Assembly: GCA_002633005.1 (NCBI GenBank)
Contig: NMRA01000136.1
Location: 234,538 to 298,537 of the forward strand
Direction: 5' to 3'
DNA: 64,000 bases
Origin: Phoronis australis
Taxonomy: Eukaryota > Animalia > Phoronida
In this document: positions 32,503 through 44,972 of the stretch, in pieces
How the letters are laid out: each line of letters opens with the position of its first letter
Position numbering within the stretch: position 1 is the stretch's first letter
The notes under the pieces: model-generated
What the model saw: the letters and a program-made list of their open reading frames with translations, nothing else
What the model was told of the DNA's origin: nothing
The model's database searches: none
Made by a program: the position numbers and the translations under genes

Positions 32503-35195
32503 TCTGAAGAGTTAATATCTCACACGGAATTGGTCTGATCACAAGACTTTTGTTCTACTGAACTGAATTAATTGTTTTTGGTTTTAGGGTTGTAACTTGT
32601 TATCTCAAGTTGTTGTGAAACTCTTTGAGATCATTTTGCGAGTACATGGTTACTCCCCTGTGTGAGAACTCTGCTTCTATCTAAACAACGAAGTATTTAC
32701 AGATGTAATATAGATAACAAACAATGCCATTTTCAGTAATAAAGTAATTTCACTTCCTCAAATCCCGATTGAAACATTCTGTTAACCAGTTAAGTGGTCG
32801 TTATCGTTTTTATGGCCGAAAAGCACATTTTGGGATTATTTCTGAATCAGACAGACTTTTTGATTTTATTAGGTTTGGCTATGAAATTTGTTGCTTTGTG
32901 ATTTTTTTTTACAAATTGCCAAATCTCGGTATTGTCTGCCAGACCGGCCTGTGTATTGACCAAAACACTTGGACACATAGTAAATAGGATTTGGCTCAGT
33001 CCTAGGGTGCTGTTGCCCATTCAGAATCTGGCCAACTGGAATTACCTGTTACTGGGTAAGAGTCTGCACTTAGAGGTGTCCCAGTGTTTTGAGAACCAGT
33101 TTTCTCCACTGAATAATCGGCATCAAACTGGTTATCAAAATGTAGAACTGCCTGTGAGTGATTATTACATGTTACTGTGTTAGTTAACCGAAAATACCAC
33201 CTTTGACAATACTGAACAGGATGGAGTAAAGTATGCACCTAAATTAAGGGTGTGTCCTTACTGACCCCTTGAATCCCATGAAAAAGTCCTAGTGTAGAAG
33301 CTCAGACGACTGCGAATTTCGCTTTTTTGTGTTGGCTTCCTCCTCTAAGTCGTAAGTTCTTCTTATAAAATCATTTCTGCCGTTTGGGACATTTGAAAAT
33401 GCCAGAAGACCAATATGTTGATCCTTATGAAACTTCCCTGTGTTGGCAAAATGCAGACTCTGTGTAAGTGGATGCCTCTTTTCACAAACTACTTTGTTTG
33501 GCAATGAAGCATAACTTTTGAAGACATTCTATAAGCTGTTCTAATTCAAGCCACTTATTGAACACTTGAACATATTTCTGTCTTTCTGACTCCCAACCAG
33601 AACTCTTTGCTGGTACCCACCTTATCTAAATTGTTAAACACTTTTGATTTGTAAAGTTCTATTATGGGAGTGACTACATTGTGTGTTCAACCTCCTATTC
33701 ACTATGTGATATACAGGTTTTCCTTATTGGGTAAAATTGGAAGCCTAATCACCTCTCCAGGAAGTATTTATTGTTACCTGCTTGCTCATGACTTGCATAG
33801 TGTGTTCAGTGTGTCTGAAGTTGGGAACTGGTAAGTGCACTCTCTCCCAGTGCGACGAGGGTAGCACTGTGAAATAATCTTGTAACATCACTTTTCATTG
33901 ATGATCAGAATATAGTAACATTCCGATAGGCTAGAAAACCTCACTCGGACATTTCGATTGGTTGGAAAATGTCATGCAGATATTCCAATTGGTTTATGTT
34001 GAGAAATGCCTAAGTGTACAACTCCATCTATTGATAAAATACATTTGTGGTTAAGTGACTGCTCTGATTGTCGCTGTACCGTTCTCCTCGGTATCCAGGC
34101 AGTTATCCGTTGCAGGTGTGCTCATCTTCTACTAGGTTTTATTCGCTTGTTTTTCATATACTTCCTGTTGATTGTACATAATGGAGAAATCAAGTTTCAC
34201 TCTTGCTTTGAATGTTTCTCAGTTTCACATTAGTGAGGCTTAACTTCAATGTATTTAATTGGCAGAACTTCAGTGCATTCAGGTTTGCTTATCAACAGAA
34301 AAAAACTAGACTGTCAAGCTGTAGACATTTGGGTTTTCTGATTTAGACCTTTGTTCCCTCTAGTTTTGGTAAATTTCAACTTTGTTAGATAATTGAAATG
34401 ATCAAAAACTTGGCTTGGGTTTGTGAGTACTGTCTGTCAAATTCCGAGTTTAAAATTGGTGGATAGGGTTACAGAAATGGCACACTGAGCTAATCCACTT
34501 CTGAGTTAAAAATTAACAAAGGCACAAAACCTGTTAGTACTAGATCTTGAAAAGCATAATATCAAAAGCTTGAACTCTGACTTCTACCACAGAATTCGAT
34601 ACGTTTCCAGTTATTGTCAAAGTCTTCTAAAAGTGGCTATAAATCCACAAAAACCTATTTTTTCTTTAGACCACATACCGTTATGAAATAGGTCTCAATT
34701 TGTTCCTTAATGAAATTGGAGGTGATTTCAGGGCTTTGTTAAAGGACAGTTGGTTATTGGTTGACATCAGGGCCACTAAACGTTGGCTTGTCACCGTGTC
34801 ATTCTTTTCCCCAAGCATGGTTCAAAGGACTAATGAACTGAAAGCTCTTTGTAAACACAGAAATCACGTCTCATCTGAGGAAGGAATAAGTTACAGCCAT
34901 AGTGGTCTAATCAAATGTTCACATCGTGGACGGAACGCGGGTATAAAGCGCTTTTAATGGTACTTCACCAGGAAATACCTCTGTACAAATGAAACTTTGG
35001 TGTTTGAGGAGTAAACATGTCCCTCAAACTTATCTCAGCTTCCATGGGATTATCCTTAATAGTGGCCTTATACAGATACTAATTGGATTTGTGATTGCAT
35101 TTTGTTGCGTCACATGTATGCAGAACAGATAGTCCTGTGCTGTAAACTTTGAGTCATACTCTGGCTTTGTTTGAAGGCATGAGTCGGTGTTTTTA

Positions 35196-35625
35196 GGGCC
35201 TTTCATACTAACATCAACGTGTTGATGGTTTGGGGAGTTAGGGTCAGTATGAACACTCAACTCCGGTCCTGGATCGCAGTTAACAGCTCCAGTTAACATC
35301 ACAGTTAACTGGTGGATTTAATTGCGCAGCGTCGACGCTACGGTGCAGTATGAACGGTTAACTTCGGTCCAATCGAAGTTATTGCCAGGTGCCACTGTTA
35401 TCGTCAACAGTTACTGGGTAGTGTCGTCACTAATAGCTGCTTATATTTTGCTCTAATAACAACCAATCGATCTAAAAATAAGTTAATGTCATTTAGCACA
35501 TGTAAATGTTCCAAATTGTCACATTGAAAAAAATCGTAGCGTGCTGCACTACCTTGCGATAAATTAACTGCACTGTTAACGTCGACGCTCTGCTCAGACC
35601 GGAGTTAAGTCAATATGAAAGGACC
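35196..35625. mobile_element. PIF/Harbinger-type MITE
   Basis: TIRs GGGCCTTTCATAC / ATATGAAAGGACC, TSD TTA; internal inverted motifs (AACTCCGGTC/GACCGGAGTT, GCGTCGACG). Confidence 0.7.
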
Positions 35626-36704
35626 TTAAGAAACTAATTTAAATCCAATTTCCAACAACTAATAAATTTTGCAAATGGATCTCCATTTATATTGATAGCC
35701 TACACCTTCTGTGTATGGTAATTTCATGCGAAAATAATGTTGTTAAATTCCATTTTTTCAGAGGCTGAATAGGTTGCTGGAAATAATGGGAGCTTTACCA
35801 AATATTGTTTAATGATATCTAAACCATGCACATTTGACACTAAGTTCGTTTATTTCTGTGTGCCGTTATCATGTACATTACGACATGTATGTATATAACT
35901 TTTTTAACGGTTTTTGCATTTTTAATTACCACAGAAGTTTCATAGCTCATGCATTTGACAATAACACGCAGCATTTCGCTTTGGCGACTAGCAGACGCGA
36001 AACTTCACTCTGAGTTTTAGTGCAGTGTGCTGAGCAGGTGAAGAATTTACATACTATCTTCTCAGTCTGTTCAGATTCAGCATTTGTTTCGTAGGCTTTT
36101 AGATATTGGCATGCTTGAACTTGTGTGGTTATCTAAATGTCGGAAGTGTCATTAAAATATGCGTTGTCTTCCTGCAATAATTCCGCTGGAAGGCAGTATA
36201 TCAAATTTAATAGAATTTCCATCGCTGTTGTGAACAACGCTGCACCGAATGGCCGTGTACGCAACTCAAAATGACTCCAAGCTAAGAGACAATATCTCTG
36301 AAATAAGGCTATCAACAAAGCCTGCAAAAATGCGTTGTTAGTTGACACCTTCAGGTCAGATATTGACGATTAATTTGATAGGTGTCTTTTTGAGCGCAAT
36401 ATTTTACCTTAGCTAGATCTAAATATGGCTCTTACGCGCCAACAAAAATGCATTCATAGTCGAGATTTGTATTCTGCTTGACTTCTCATCAGGTATTTGA
36501 TATCCACCTAAAGTGAATCCACCTTTGCGTTTGTTATTTCCATTAATTAAATAAGGTAAAAATATGTTTGTTTGCTGTTCTAGTCTTGTGTGCCCCATGT
36601 CAATTTGTGTGCATTTTACCTGCCTGAAAATTGAACCAGATTATAAACTGGCTTCTCTGTGGCTGGGCCTTTATCAAAGTACTGGATTCGTGATTGCAAG
36701 TGCG

Positions 36705-36754
36705 GAGTGGCTGACCTCTGAGTGGATGACCTCTGAGTGGATGACCTCTGAGTG
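36705..36754. repeat. 15-bp tandem repeat GAGTGGATGACCTCT x3
   Basis: Read directly from the sequence. Confidence 0.85.
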
Positions 36755-39700
36755 TGAACTCTTGCCAATCAGCTGAGACTCAGAACTGCGCACTAAGTGT
36801 TTACTCCTGTAAGCTTTGTTGGACTGTCACATGGTTTTGTTTACATCCAGACATAAACATTATTGATTGCATGCCTTTTTCTCATCAAACCTGAGCTGGA
36901 AACAGAGCTGTACACAAGGTCAGTGACAAAGCCAAGGGGTAAATGACTAGTGTTTACCTCATGGTTGGGAACTGCAGACTGATGTTTTGTTAGGGCATTG
37001 TCAGTATTGCTGTAGCAGGGTATTGGTCTGTCTGCTAGGGTTATAAATACCAGACTGTTTGATTGAAACCTTTTTATTAGTCAGCTTTGGTTACTGTAGG
37101 TTGGGTATTCTTAACCTATTATAGCAAGAACTGGGAAGGTATGGGAAATGTTTGGTGAAGTGAGGTTATTGTTTCTTGTGTTTAATCAGGTTTGTTACTG
37201 GGATAAATATCCAGCTGGTATTGACTGGAATCAGTAAGAAAGGCTTTCCTGGTTTTAAATATTTTCCGTGTTTGTCAGTTAAGCACTGTCACTGAATCAA
37301 AATTCTGGAAACTTTTTAATGCGTTGTGTTTGTTCCTAGTGTCTGCGTATGTGTTGAAACAGTCAACAGTTTGTTGCGCGGAGAAATTCCCATGTGTGTC
37401 TGCTGGTCTGAAATTGAGTTACTAAATGTGATGCATACAAAGACTTGTTCGTCTTTTGTAATTGCTTGAAATCTCCGGTGATGCTCTGTGATTGATATTT
37501 ATAGTCCAAAGGCTGCAAACTGAAACATGAATGCCTCTTTCTTCAGTCCAGCATGTTAACTTTTTCCCTTGTGACCAGTTTGTCAGAATTCTAATTTGAT
37601 GTTCGCGTGCTCAACAATAGCGATTTTCACTGTCTTGTGTTAAGGTAAAATCTCACTAATTTCAGACACAAAATAACGCTCAATTTTTCATTTCAATTAA
37701 AAAAATCTCTTGATAGCTGTGGTACAGAACTTGAATATTTCAAAGCATCATTGTGGCCCTATACATCATTTATAGAAAATGAGAAAATAAAATTTCACCT
37801 GTTATACTTTGTCTGCTCAGTATCACCCTGTGCTTGTTTGTCAACTTCAGTTTAGCCACTCCAGTACGGCTTCTACAGGCTCAGTCATAAATCCTGTAAG
37901 GAAACTTTGTGTCTTCCAAAGTTATAAATGATTTAATTAACATTGTAAGTTAGCTGCCAAAAAATAATAAATCACAACTTCTGTAAGTTGCAAAATATTT
38001 TTCCCTACTCTGCAGATCCACTTGGCTAATTCTGGGGATTGATGACTGACTAGTTCTCGGGTAAATTGTTTAACAGTAAGTTTCACAAAATTATTCGCCT
38101 CTAGGTGAATGTTAATGTCCATCATCGAATATTTTAAGTTGTTTACTAGTCTCACTGGTTCATCAAAGTTGCAAGAGATAAGAAACAAGTGGTACTCCAC
38201 ACATGTCCACTTAATTTGTTGATTTCTTCTTCCTTGTAATAAACCTATATTTTTCTTCATGATCTCTCGGCTCCCAACCATTTTTGTTTTCACATGAGGA
38301 GTTCTCCTGAAGTTGCAGGTGAGTTATCCTTTTGGGCTAGTATATATTCATGGATCCACAGGGAGTAATCAACCAAGGGGTCTTCTCACCCAGGACTATA
38401 AACTCTTCAAGCTAATAGTTACACAAAGAACTGGGGCAGATGCATGACTAGGCGCAAGGTTCACAAAGAACTACTTTCTCTGACCAGGCATGTCACTTCC
38501 AAAGGGCCTGTTGTGTCTGAGGAACACCCATGCTTTACCGTACAACACAATTCTAAGCCATTGGACTAGTCACCCCCTTCAAGCCCAGATTTGTTTCTCC
38601 AACTCTTGTTTATTCTGTTCTATGTGTTTCAACTGACATGTAGGGCGCAATTTGCTTGAAAAAAACTGGTGTCAGGAAGTGAATTTCTCAAGCTGTTTGT
38701 TTTTGGGAGTATTTGGAATAGTGAAGTAAAGGCATAACACAGACTTGGCTAGTGTAACTGGTTTGTAGAGTATAACTATGGTCTTGGTGAAGAGGATTTT
38801 CTGGGATTATCTGTGAGTATGCCTATTGGTTGCTTGCTAGACATGACATTTCCATAGCCTGAGGGATATATCTGTTCCAACTGTATGTGTCTTTCACCCT
38901 GTGCTTGTAATGTTATCTTCAAGTGCCATGTAGGTGGAAGTCACTGATCTAACACACCACCTTGTTTACAAATATCAGGGAGCAACTGAAACACAAAAGC
39001 TTCAAATCTAAGGTACAGACTTTTAGTAACGTGACACAGTGACGTGACCTGCTTTTGACAAAAACCTGTTAACTTTTATTGTTTATTCAGTGTTGCTGAA
39101 AATAGATTTCAAGTCTTCTCTTCAGCATAGCCATGATTCATGATAGTTTTAGTAATTTTTGTAAAATACTTGTTCATTACTCATGTGCTTTAGCTGTGGC
39201 CATTTTAATGACTCGTGCCACGCTGGCCTGTGAATCACACCTATGGTTAATTGTTTCGAAGGGTATGATTTTCCAATTCAATTTGTTAAGTGTATATTTG
39301 GAATGGATTCGCAAATCAAATCACCTGCGTTGTTTTTAAACTTTCATAGTGATCATATAGTTTTTCTTAAAGCTGTTGTCAAATATCATGAATGTAGCTC
39401 TAATGGAAATATAGCTTTAAAGAAAAGTTTGGAAAAAATGACAAGAACTCTCTGTTGACCCTCAGGTCAGGGGTGGATTCAGGATCATTGTCAGAAGAGG
39501 CCTAACAAAGGGAACATTCTAGTGTTCCATACAAATGTCCATCTCTGAATTTGTGCCTACCAGTACCTTGACACGCTTTTGAGGATGTAAAGCTGCAAAA
39601 AAAATGTGTAATCCGTAAAATACACATGACCCTTGTAAAAAACCTGTAATCCGTTTAAAAATATATCTCACTGCTGTGCAAACCATGTTTAAACCCTGTG

Positions 39701-41746
39701 AAAATAGGATAGCTTGGAACCACAGGTGACAGTGGTTTTTGTAGTCAGAAGTCTTATGAGAATTCACGAACTGCGATATATATCTGCAAATTAAACCATA
39801 TGAAAATTACCTATTAGTTTCAAGCCACCAATTGGAATAAAGATCGCTTTGTCGAGATTTATGATTGCTATCTCATTAATCAATCTCAATCAATCAGGCT
39901 TCCAAGTTCAATTTGCTTTTCCTATATACCATTGATCCTGCTCTTGATTGCAATGGCATTCACTCAATCTCTGATTCACAGGCAAAGAAAAACAATGCTA
40001 TTTCTAAACAGTGCTGTTTTTCTCATCCACGAGGGTGAGATCAGATCTTTCCACCGAAACAGTCCTCCCCTCCTCATGTTTAGTTGTCTTGTGGCTTGAC
40101 ACTCAGATAATAGCAGAAATCTTGTTTTACTTTCCAAACACACTGCAGTAATCCTTCATTTTGTTTTATGTGGAATTCATAAAACAACATTTGGTGAAGT
40201 TTCCTTAATTTCCAGAGAGGTTATCAGCACTTAAAAAAATGAAAAATGACAATTTTGGCAAATTCTTGTGCAAAATAATTGGAGAAGTACCATAACTATG
40301 CACAAACAGGCTTGGATCATTTCTGTATCTGTCTTTGTTTCTTGTCTTGAAATCTGATCCTTTTGGTTTTCCTTTTTTCTCTGAATGCTATCTCAATGGC
40401 CTCTCCAAAATGTTGTTTTGCCTTAAGTGCTACAGACAGTCTGGGTGCAGAAACATACGTGCAGTTTTGGGCAATAGTTAGATAAGAACATGCCCACATT
40501 TTGCGAACCAGTTTGATGCCTGTTAATTCAGTGAAGAAACTGGTTCTCAAAATGCGGGCATGTTATATCTGACTTTCACCCAGTTTTGTACTGTGTGAAC
40601 ACGTGGAAATACTGTGGTTAGCAAGCATTAGTCATCTAGAGAATGGAAATGAAAGTCTGTACTGATTTATTTTTGCAAGGAATTACTTGATACTAAACTC
40701 CCGGTTCTTGTCAGCAGACATGCTGTTTGGCCCAAAGTAGTAACCTGTTTTTCAATTCCTATTTACACTCTTATCAGAACTGCTATGTTTGAACAACCTA
40801 CTGTGATTCTATGCTAAGCTCCAATAGTTGTGTCTAGTGGCTGGGAAGTTTGATCCTTCAACAAAAGAGGTCAATGTTCTGGGGTCCCAGGAATCACTGA
40901 CATTTACATGTCCACAAATTAGTCTGGTTTGAGGATTGATATCCGCAGACGTTATGGTGAAATCAAATAAGTTTCGGTCGCCAAAGTTGATATTTTTTCA
41001 TTTTTCATTGTTATTCCTGCCCAACCTACCCGCCAAGACCTTATGTGATGGCCAACAATGTAATAAACTTAAAACTGCTGAAACATTGATTCACTGCTAA
41101 CTATCTTTTATGAAAAAAACAAGGAGACAAAGTTCACTTTCCGTCGTATTGTGTCCTAAGTTGGTAAGATTTTACCGTCATTTTCAGATGTTCGAGGTAT
41201 GCCATTAACTCAACGCGCGCTGTTCCGATTCAGGACCTAAGTTTACCGTTCATACAACCGACAATATGCGAAACATGAAACATCAAAGCGTGACTTTAGT
41301 ATGTTAGACCCTTACACACATACACACACTAAATTCCTCAAGCAGGCAGGTAGACTTGCTGAGTATGAGCAGTGAAATTAAAGCAATGTGTCTGTTGTAA
41401 TGGGTCTGTAGAAGGACTAAATAACATGTTGGCTTTTCTGTTTTGCGAACTTTATTTCGTAAACTTCCGACAGCACTGTCCCATTAATATCATTATAACA
41501 ATCACTCGCGTTCGAAGAACTTTCTACGCACTTACGAAATAACCAGCATTCTCAGTGGGCAAAAATAGACTTATCCTGTGCTCTCAAAGTAAGGGCTTGA
41601 CTAAAACTTCAACACAGATTTTTGTTGTTGTGGCAACCATCTGTGGGTGTTTCTGGTTTCAAGCTCATCAGAAACTAGCCTCACTTTCATTTGTTTTCTG
41701 CCAGCTGAATGCATGTGTCATCAATAATCGGCTGCTGCAATACAAA

Positions 41747-41957
41747 TGACTCACCACTCCAGTCTTGTCTGGACTATATATAATGGCTAACTCGCAGGGA
41801 AGGGGCGAACTCAATTTATTCAACACAAGTTGCATGACTGTGTAACAGGTGAATTCATGAATGTGTGTGCTTGTGAGTGCGCGCCTGCTTATTTGGATTT
41901 TTTGATTCTGTGCCTGCGGTAAAATTTCTTCAAATTAGAACAGAATATGGCAGACAA
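41747..41957 (+). promoter_or_regulatory. Candidate proximal promoter and 5' exon(s) of the thymosin gene
   Basis: AP-1 site TGACTCA at 41747-41753, TATATATAA at 41775-41783, then donors CAG|GTGAAT (~41849) and AA|GTAACT (41957). Confidence 0.5.
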
Positions 41958-43463
41958 GTAACTTTTGTTTTATCGAAATTTTCAATTAAGAGTAAACAAG
42001 AAGACGACTTTACTTGATTATTTGAAAACTTTACGTAGTACAGCTGTCATCATCTAACAGGTAATGAAATTTAGAGCATTTTTGTTAAACAGTGAGCGTT
42101 TGAAAAATGAAAAAAATGGCAAGTTTCCTCGTTATTTTTTTCTAATTTAGAGGAAAGTTTACCGTATTATTGGAAGGAATGTGTGAATGTGTTAAGTTTT
42201 TAAGTGATTTGTAGAAATGCGCAAGTTTTTTGGTTTGTACCTGAGTGACTCTTTGAAATGTGTTGAGATAATTGGACTGTGTATGATGCTGGAGTAAACA
42301 ACTGTTGGGAAAGCTAAAACAATAGTTTTGATTTACGTTATTGTACTGTAAACAAGCGCATAGGTCATGCATAGGTCACATGATGTGACCAACATATGGC
42401 GTAATAATTCTTAATTGATAGATCAGAGTGATATTACACTTTAAACCTGCTCTAGCTTTGAAACAAGTGAGACATTTGTAATGAATTGATGAACCCGGAG
42501 TTATTGCTCAGTACAAATGTGGATGCTTGTTTCTCATTGGGCTGCGGAATTGGACGTTTTGCCCGTAACTAAGTCTTGATTAACAATTACTGCTAAGCTA
42601 TTGACAATGGTTGTCCTTCAAGTGTTAAAGGACAATGGCCCATAGATAGGACCTCCTCAAAATGACCATTTCTGCACCTTCAAACTTTTAGTTGGGACCA
42701 CGAAATTTTTAGCAGCCACTATTCCAGGATTGTCCAGTGAGCTTTCAACAAGGTACAAACTCTTGAGAGTACTCCCTTAGGCCTAAAAGTCTGTACCCCT
42801 CTGGGTGCATATTTTTTCAGACAACAGTTGGCTGCTGTCTGCTGAGTCATTTAAGAGTGGGTGTTTTGTACCAAGCATAAATCATGTTTAATGATTTCTT
42901 GATGATCAACTGGACCAGCAAGTTTGTACCAGATGATATCTAACTAAGTTTCAAATGTTTTGCAGGTTGTTTATGCTCTATTTACATAATTGTTATATGG
43001 TGAACTTTATTATTAATGGACATTTGTCTGCTTTCAATATTGTAATCTGAGAGGGAAGTCATTTCAAAAGATTTAAGCTATGATGTTAAGCCACAATTCA
43101 ACATCAAATTGCACCAAATTGTTCATGCGACTGACTGTTGACTTATGGGAAATCCACCAATGTTATATGATACAGTATGGCCGTCAAGTGATATTTCACT
43201 TTTTTCCATGAAAGATATGTAGTACCAAATTTCTGTGTTTTGTACCTCAGCTATCATCATTCAATATTTCAAAAAAATATGAACCATTGCAATAGAAGCC
43301 CCAGAAAAATCAAAATGGACGACTTTGACAATTATTTTTGTCCAGAATTGGTGAAACTTTACCACACTCCTGAAGTTCCTCGTGTTCAACGCAATCCACC
43401 GTTTCAGAGTAAACAAGTTTGAACTGTCTTCCTGTGTAACTAAAGCTGCTTTTACACAGAAGA

Positions 43464-43518
43464 CAGTTGTTATTACGTCAGTTGTCATTACGTCAGTTGT
43501 CATTACGTCAGTTGTCAT
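43464..43518. repeat. 15-bp tandem repeat AGTTGTCATTACGTC x~3.5
   Basis: Read directly; each unit carries TTACGTCA (CRE/ATF-like). Confidence 0.85.
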
Positions 43519-44442
43519 GTCTCGAACTGCTCCGCCTTAGTCACATTTACATGACATATATGAGATTGAGATCGCTAACTGGATCCAGCATCGTACATGC
43601 AGACAGTTTTGCATGTTCGAATTAACAATGGCTGTGTTGTTAATGCAATTGGTGTGTAAATGATTCTCCCTATGAGTGCTATTGCGTAAGTGCGTCGAGA
43701 GGTGATTTCTTTCTGCCCTGCACCAGTTGTGTTTAGATGAGTAAGTTGAAACTAAAGAAACTGATCGAGTGCAACTCACTCTACCTCTCAAACCAGTGTC
43801 AAAAATAGCTGCCAACACAACAATTTTGCCGTCCCCAAAGTGTGTAATATCACGGTGACTGATCACTTATCGTTGATTAGAATTCTCGAATTTGGACACC
43901 CAATAATGTCATTTCTAAAATTTGGTTCAAGGTTCGACTCCTGGCGCTGAGTAATTAATTTTATAATTGAAAACTTGAGAATAATACTGTATCATAATTA
44001 CTTGTTCATGGAAGGTTGGTATGAACTCTTTTTTTCATCAGTACGGTGAAATTGCAAAGGACCCAGAGGCCCCTTTAAAGTGACACTCTGCCGGGTACCT
44101 ATGTTCTGATTCCCAGGATCCAGTAAGTCAAGTAATCCTGATCAGTCTTGAGAATCTGAGTTTTATCTCTGGATCTGAGACACTGAGTTTTATCTGTAGG
44201 TCTTGTTCTTAATTGGCTGATATGTCATGTAAATCTCCCACGCAGTCAACTAACATGTCAGGGTATTAGTCTGCTGTCATAAACATGGCCGACACACTAC
44301 GTGACAAACATGGCTGACACATCCAGGAAATAAGTTGCCCAATTTGGATGGCATCCAGTATCTTATGAGATAAGCATGATGATGATGACTATTTCCTGTT
44401 CTCTTTCAGATTCTAAGTTAGTTACTTCAAACGAGACACGCA

Positions 44443-44554
44443 ATGGCTGAGCAAAACGGTGTCAAAGCCTCTCGGGCAGAAGTCGAATCGTTTGATGCTA
44501 GAAAGTTGAAACACGTAGAGACGAAAGAAAAGAACCCCCTGCCCACGGCACAGG
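44443..44554 (+). CDS. Thymosin coding exon 1, duplicate copy (probable allelic/assembly duplicate; R instead of S at residue 20)
   Basis: Within a ~417-bp tandem duplication split by N at 44776. Confidence 0.55.
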
Positions 44555-44860
44555 GTAAGTGACCGACCACTTCGCCAGACCAATGAGCTAGCTCATTAGC
44601 CAGACACACCATTCCTATACTGAACCCCCTGCTCATTGTTGAGGGTAAAACACACGCTCCATTGCCATGCTGTCACTCCCTGTTTATCTTTGCTGCATGG
44701 CTCTGTGGACACTATCACTTGCAAAGTAAAATGCTTGTAATTTGTCTCTTGGTAGTGTATGTTTTTTGCACGGTANTATCTCATGAGATAAGCATGATGA
44801 TGATGACTATTTCCTGTTCTCTTTCAGATTCTAAGTTAGTTACTTCAAACGAGACACGCA

Positions 44861-44972
44861 ATGGCTGAGCAAAACGGTGTCAAAGCCTCTCGGGCAGAAG
44901 TCGAATCGTTTGATGCTAGCAAGTTGAAACACGTAGAGACGAAAGAAAAGAACCCCCTGCCCACGGCACAGG
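44861..44972 (+). CDS. Thymosin gene coding exon 1 (MAEQNGVKASRAEVESFDASKLKHVETKEKNPLPTAQ)
   Basis: ATG preceded by an in-frame stop; LKHVETKEKNPLPT motif; donor G|GTAAGT. Confidence 0.9.

Noticed and set aside
32980-33600. Possible coding or retroelement remnant (also 36130-36540 and 37940-38600)
   Set aside because: Composition looks like decayed coding sequence, but I could not identify any motif; needs a Dfam/BLASTx search.
43261-43518. ORF with MTTDV repeats (also the EWMTS repeat ORF at 36564-36776)
   Set aside because: Translations of 15-bp minisatellites with no splice or homology support.
44443-44554. Extra thymosin repeat or alternative first coding exon
   Set aside because: Part of the N-centred 417-bp duplication with one coding SNP; counted once.
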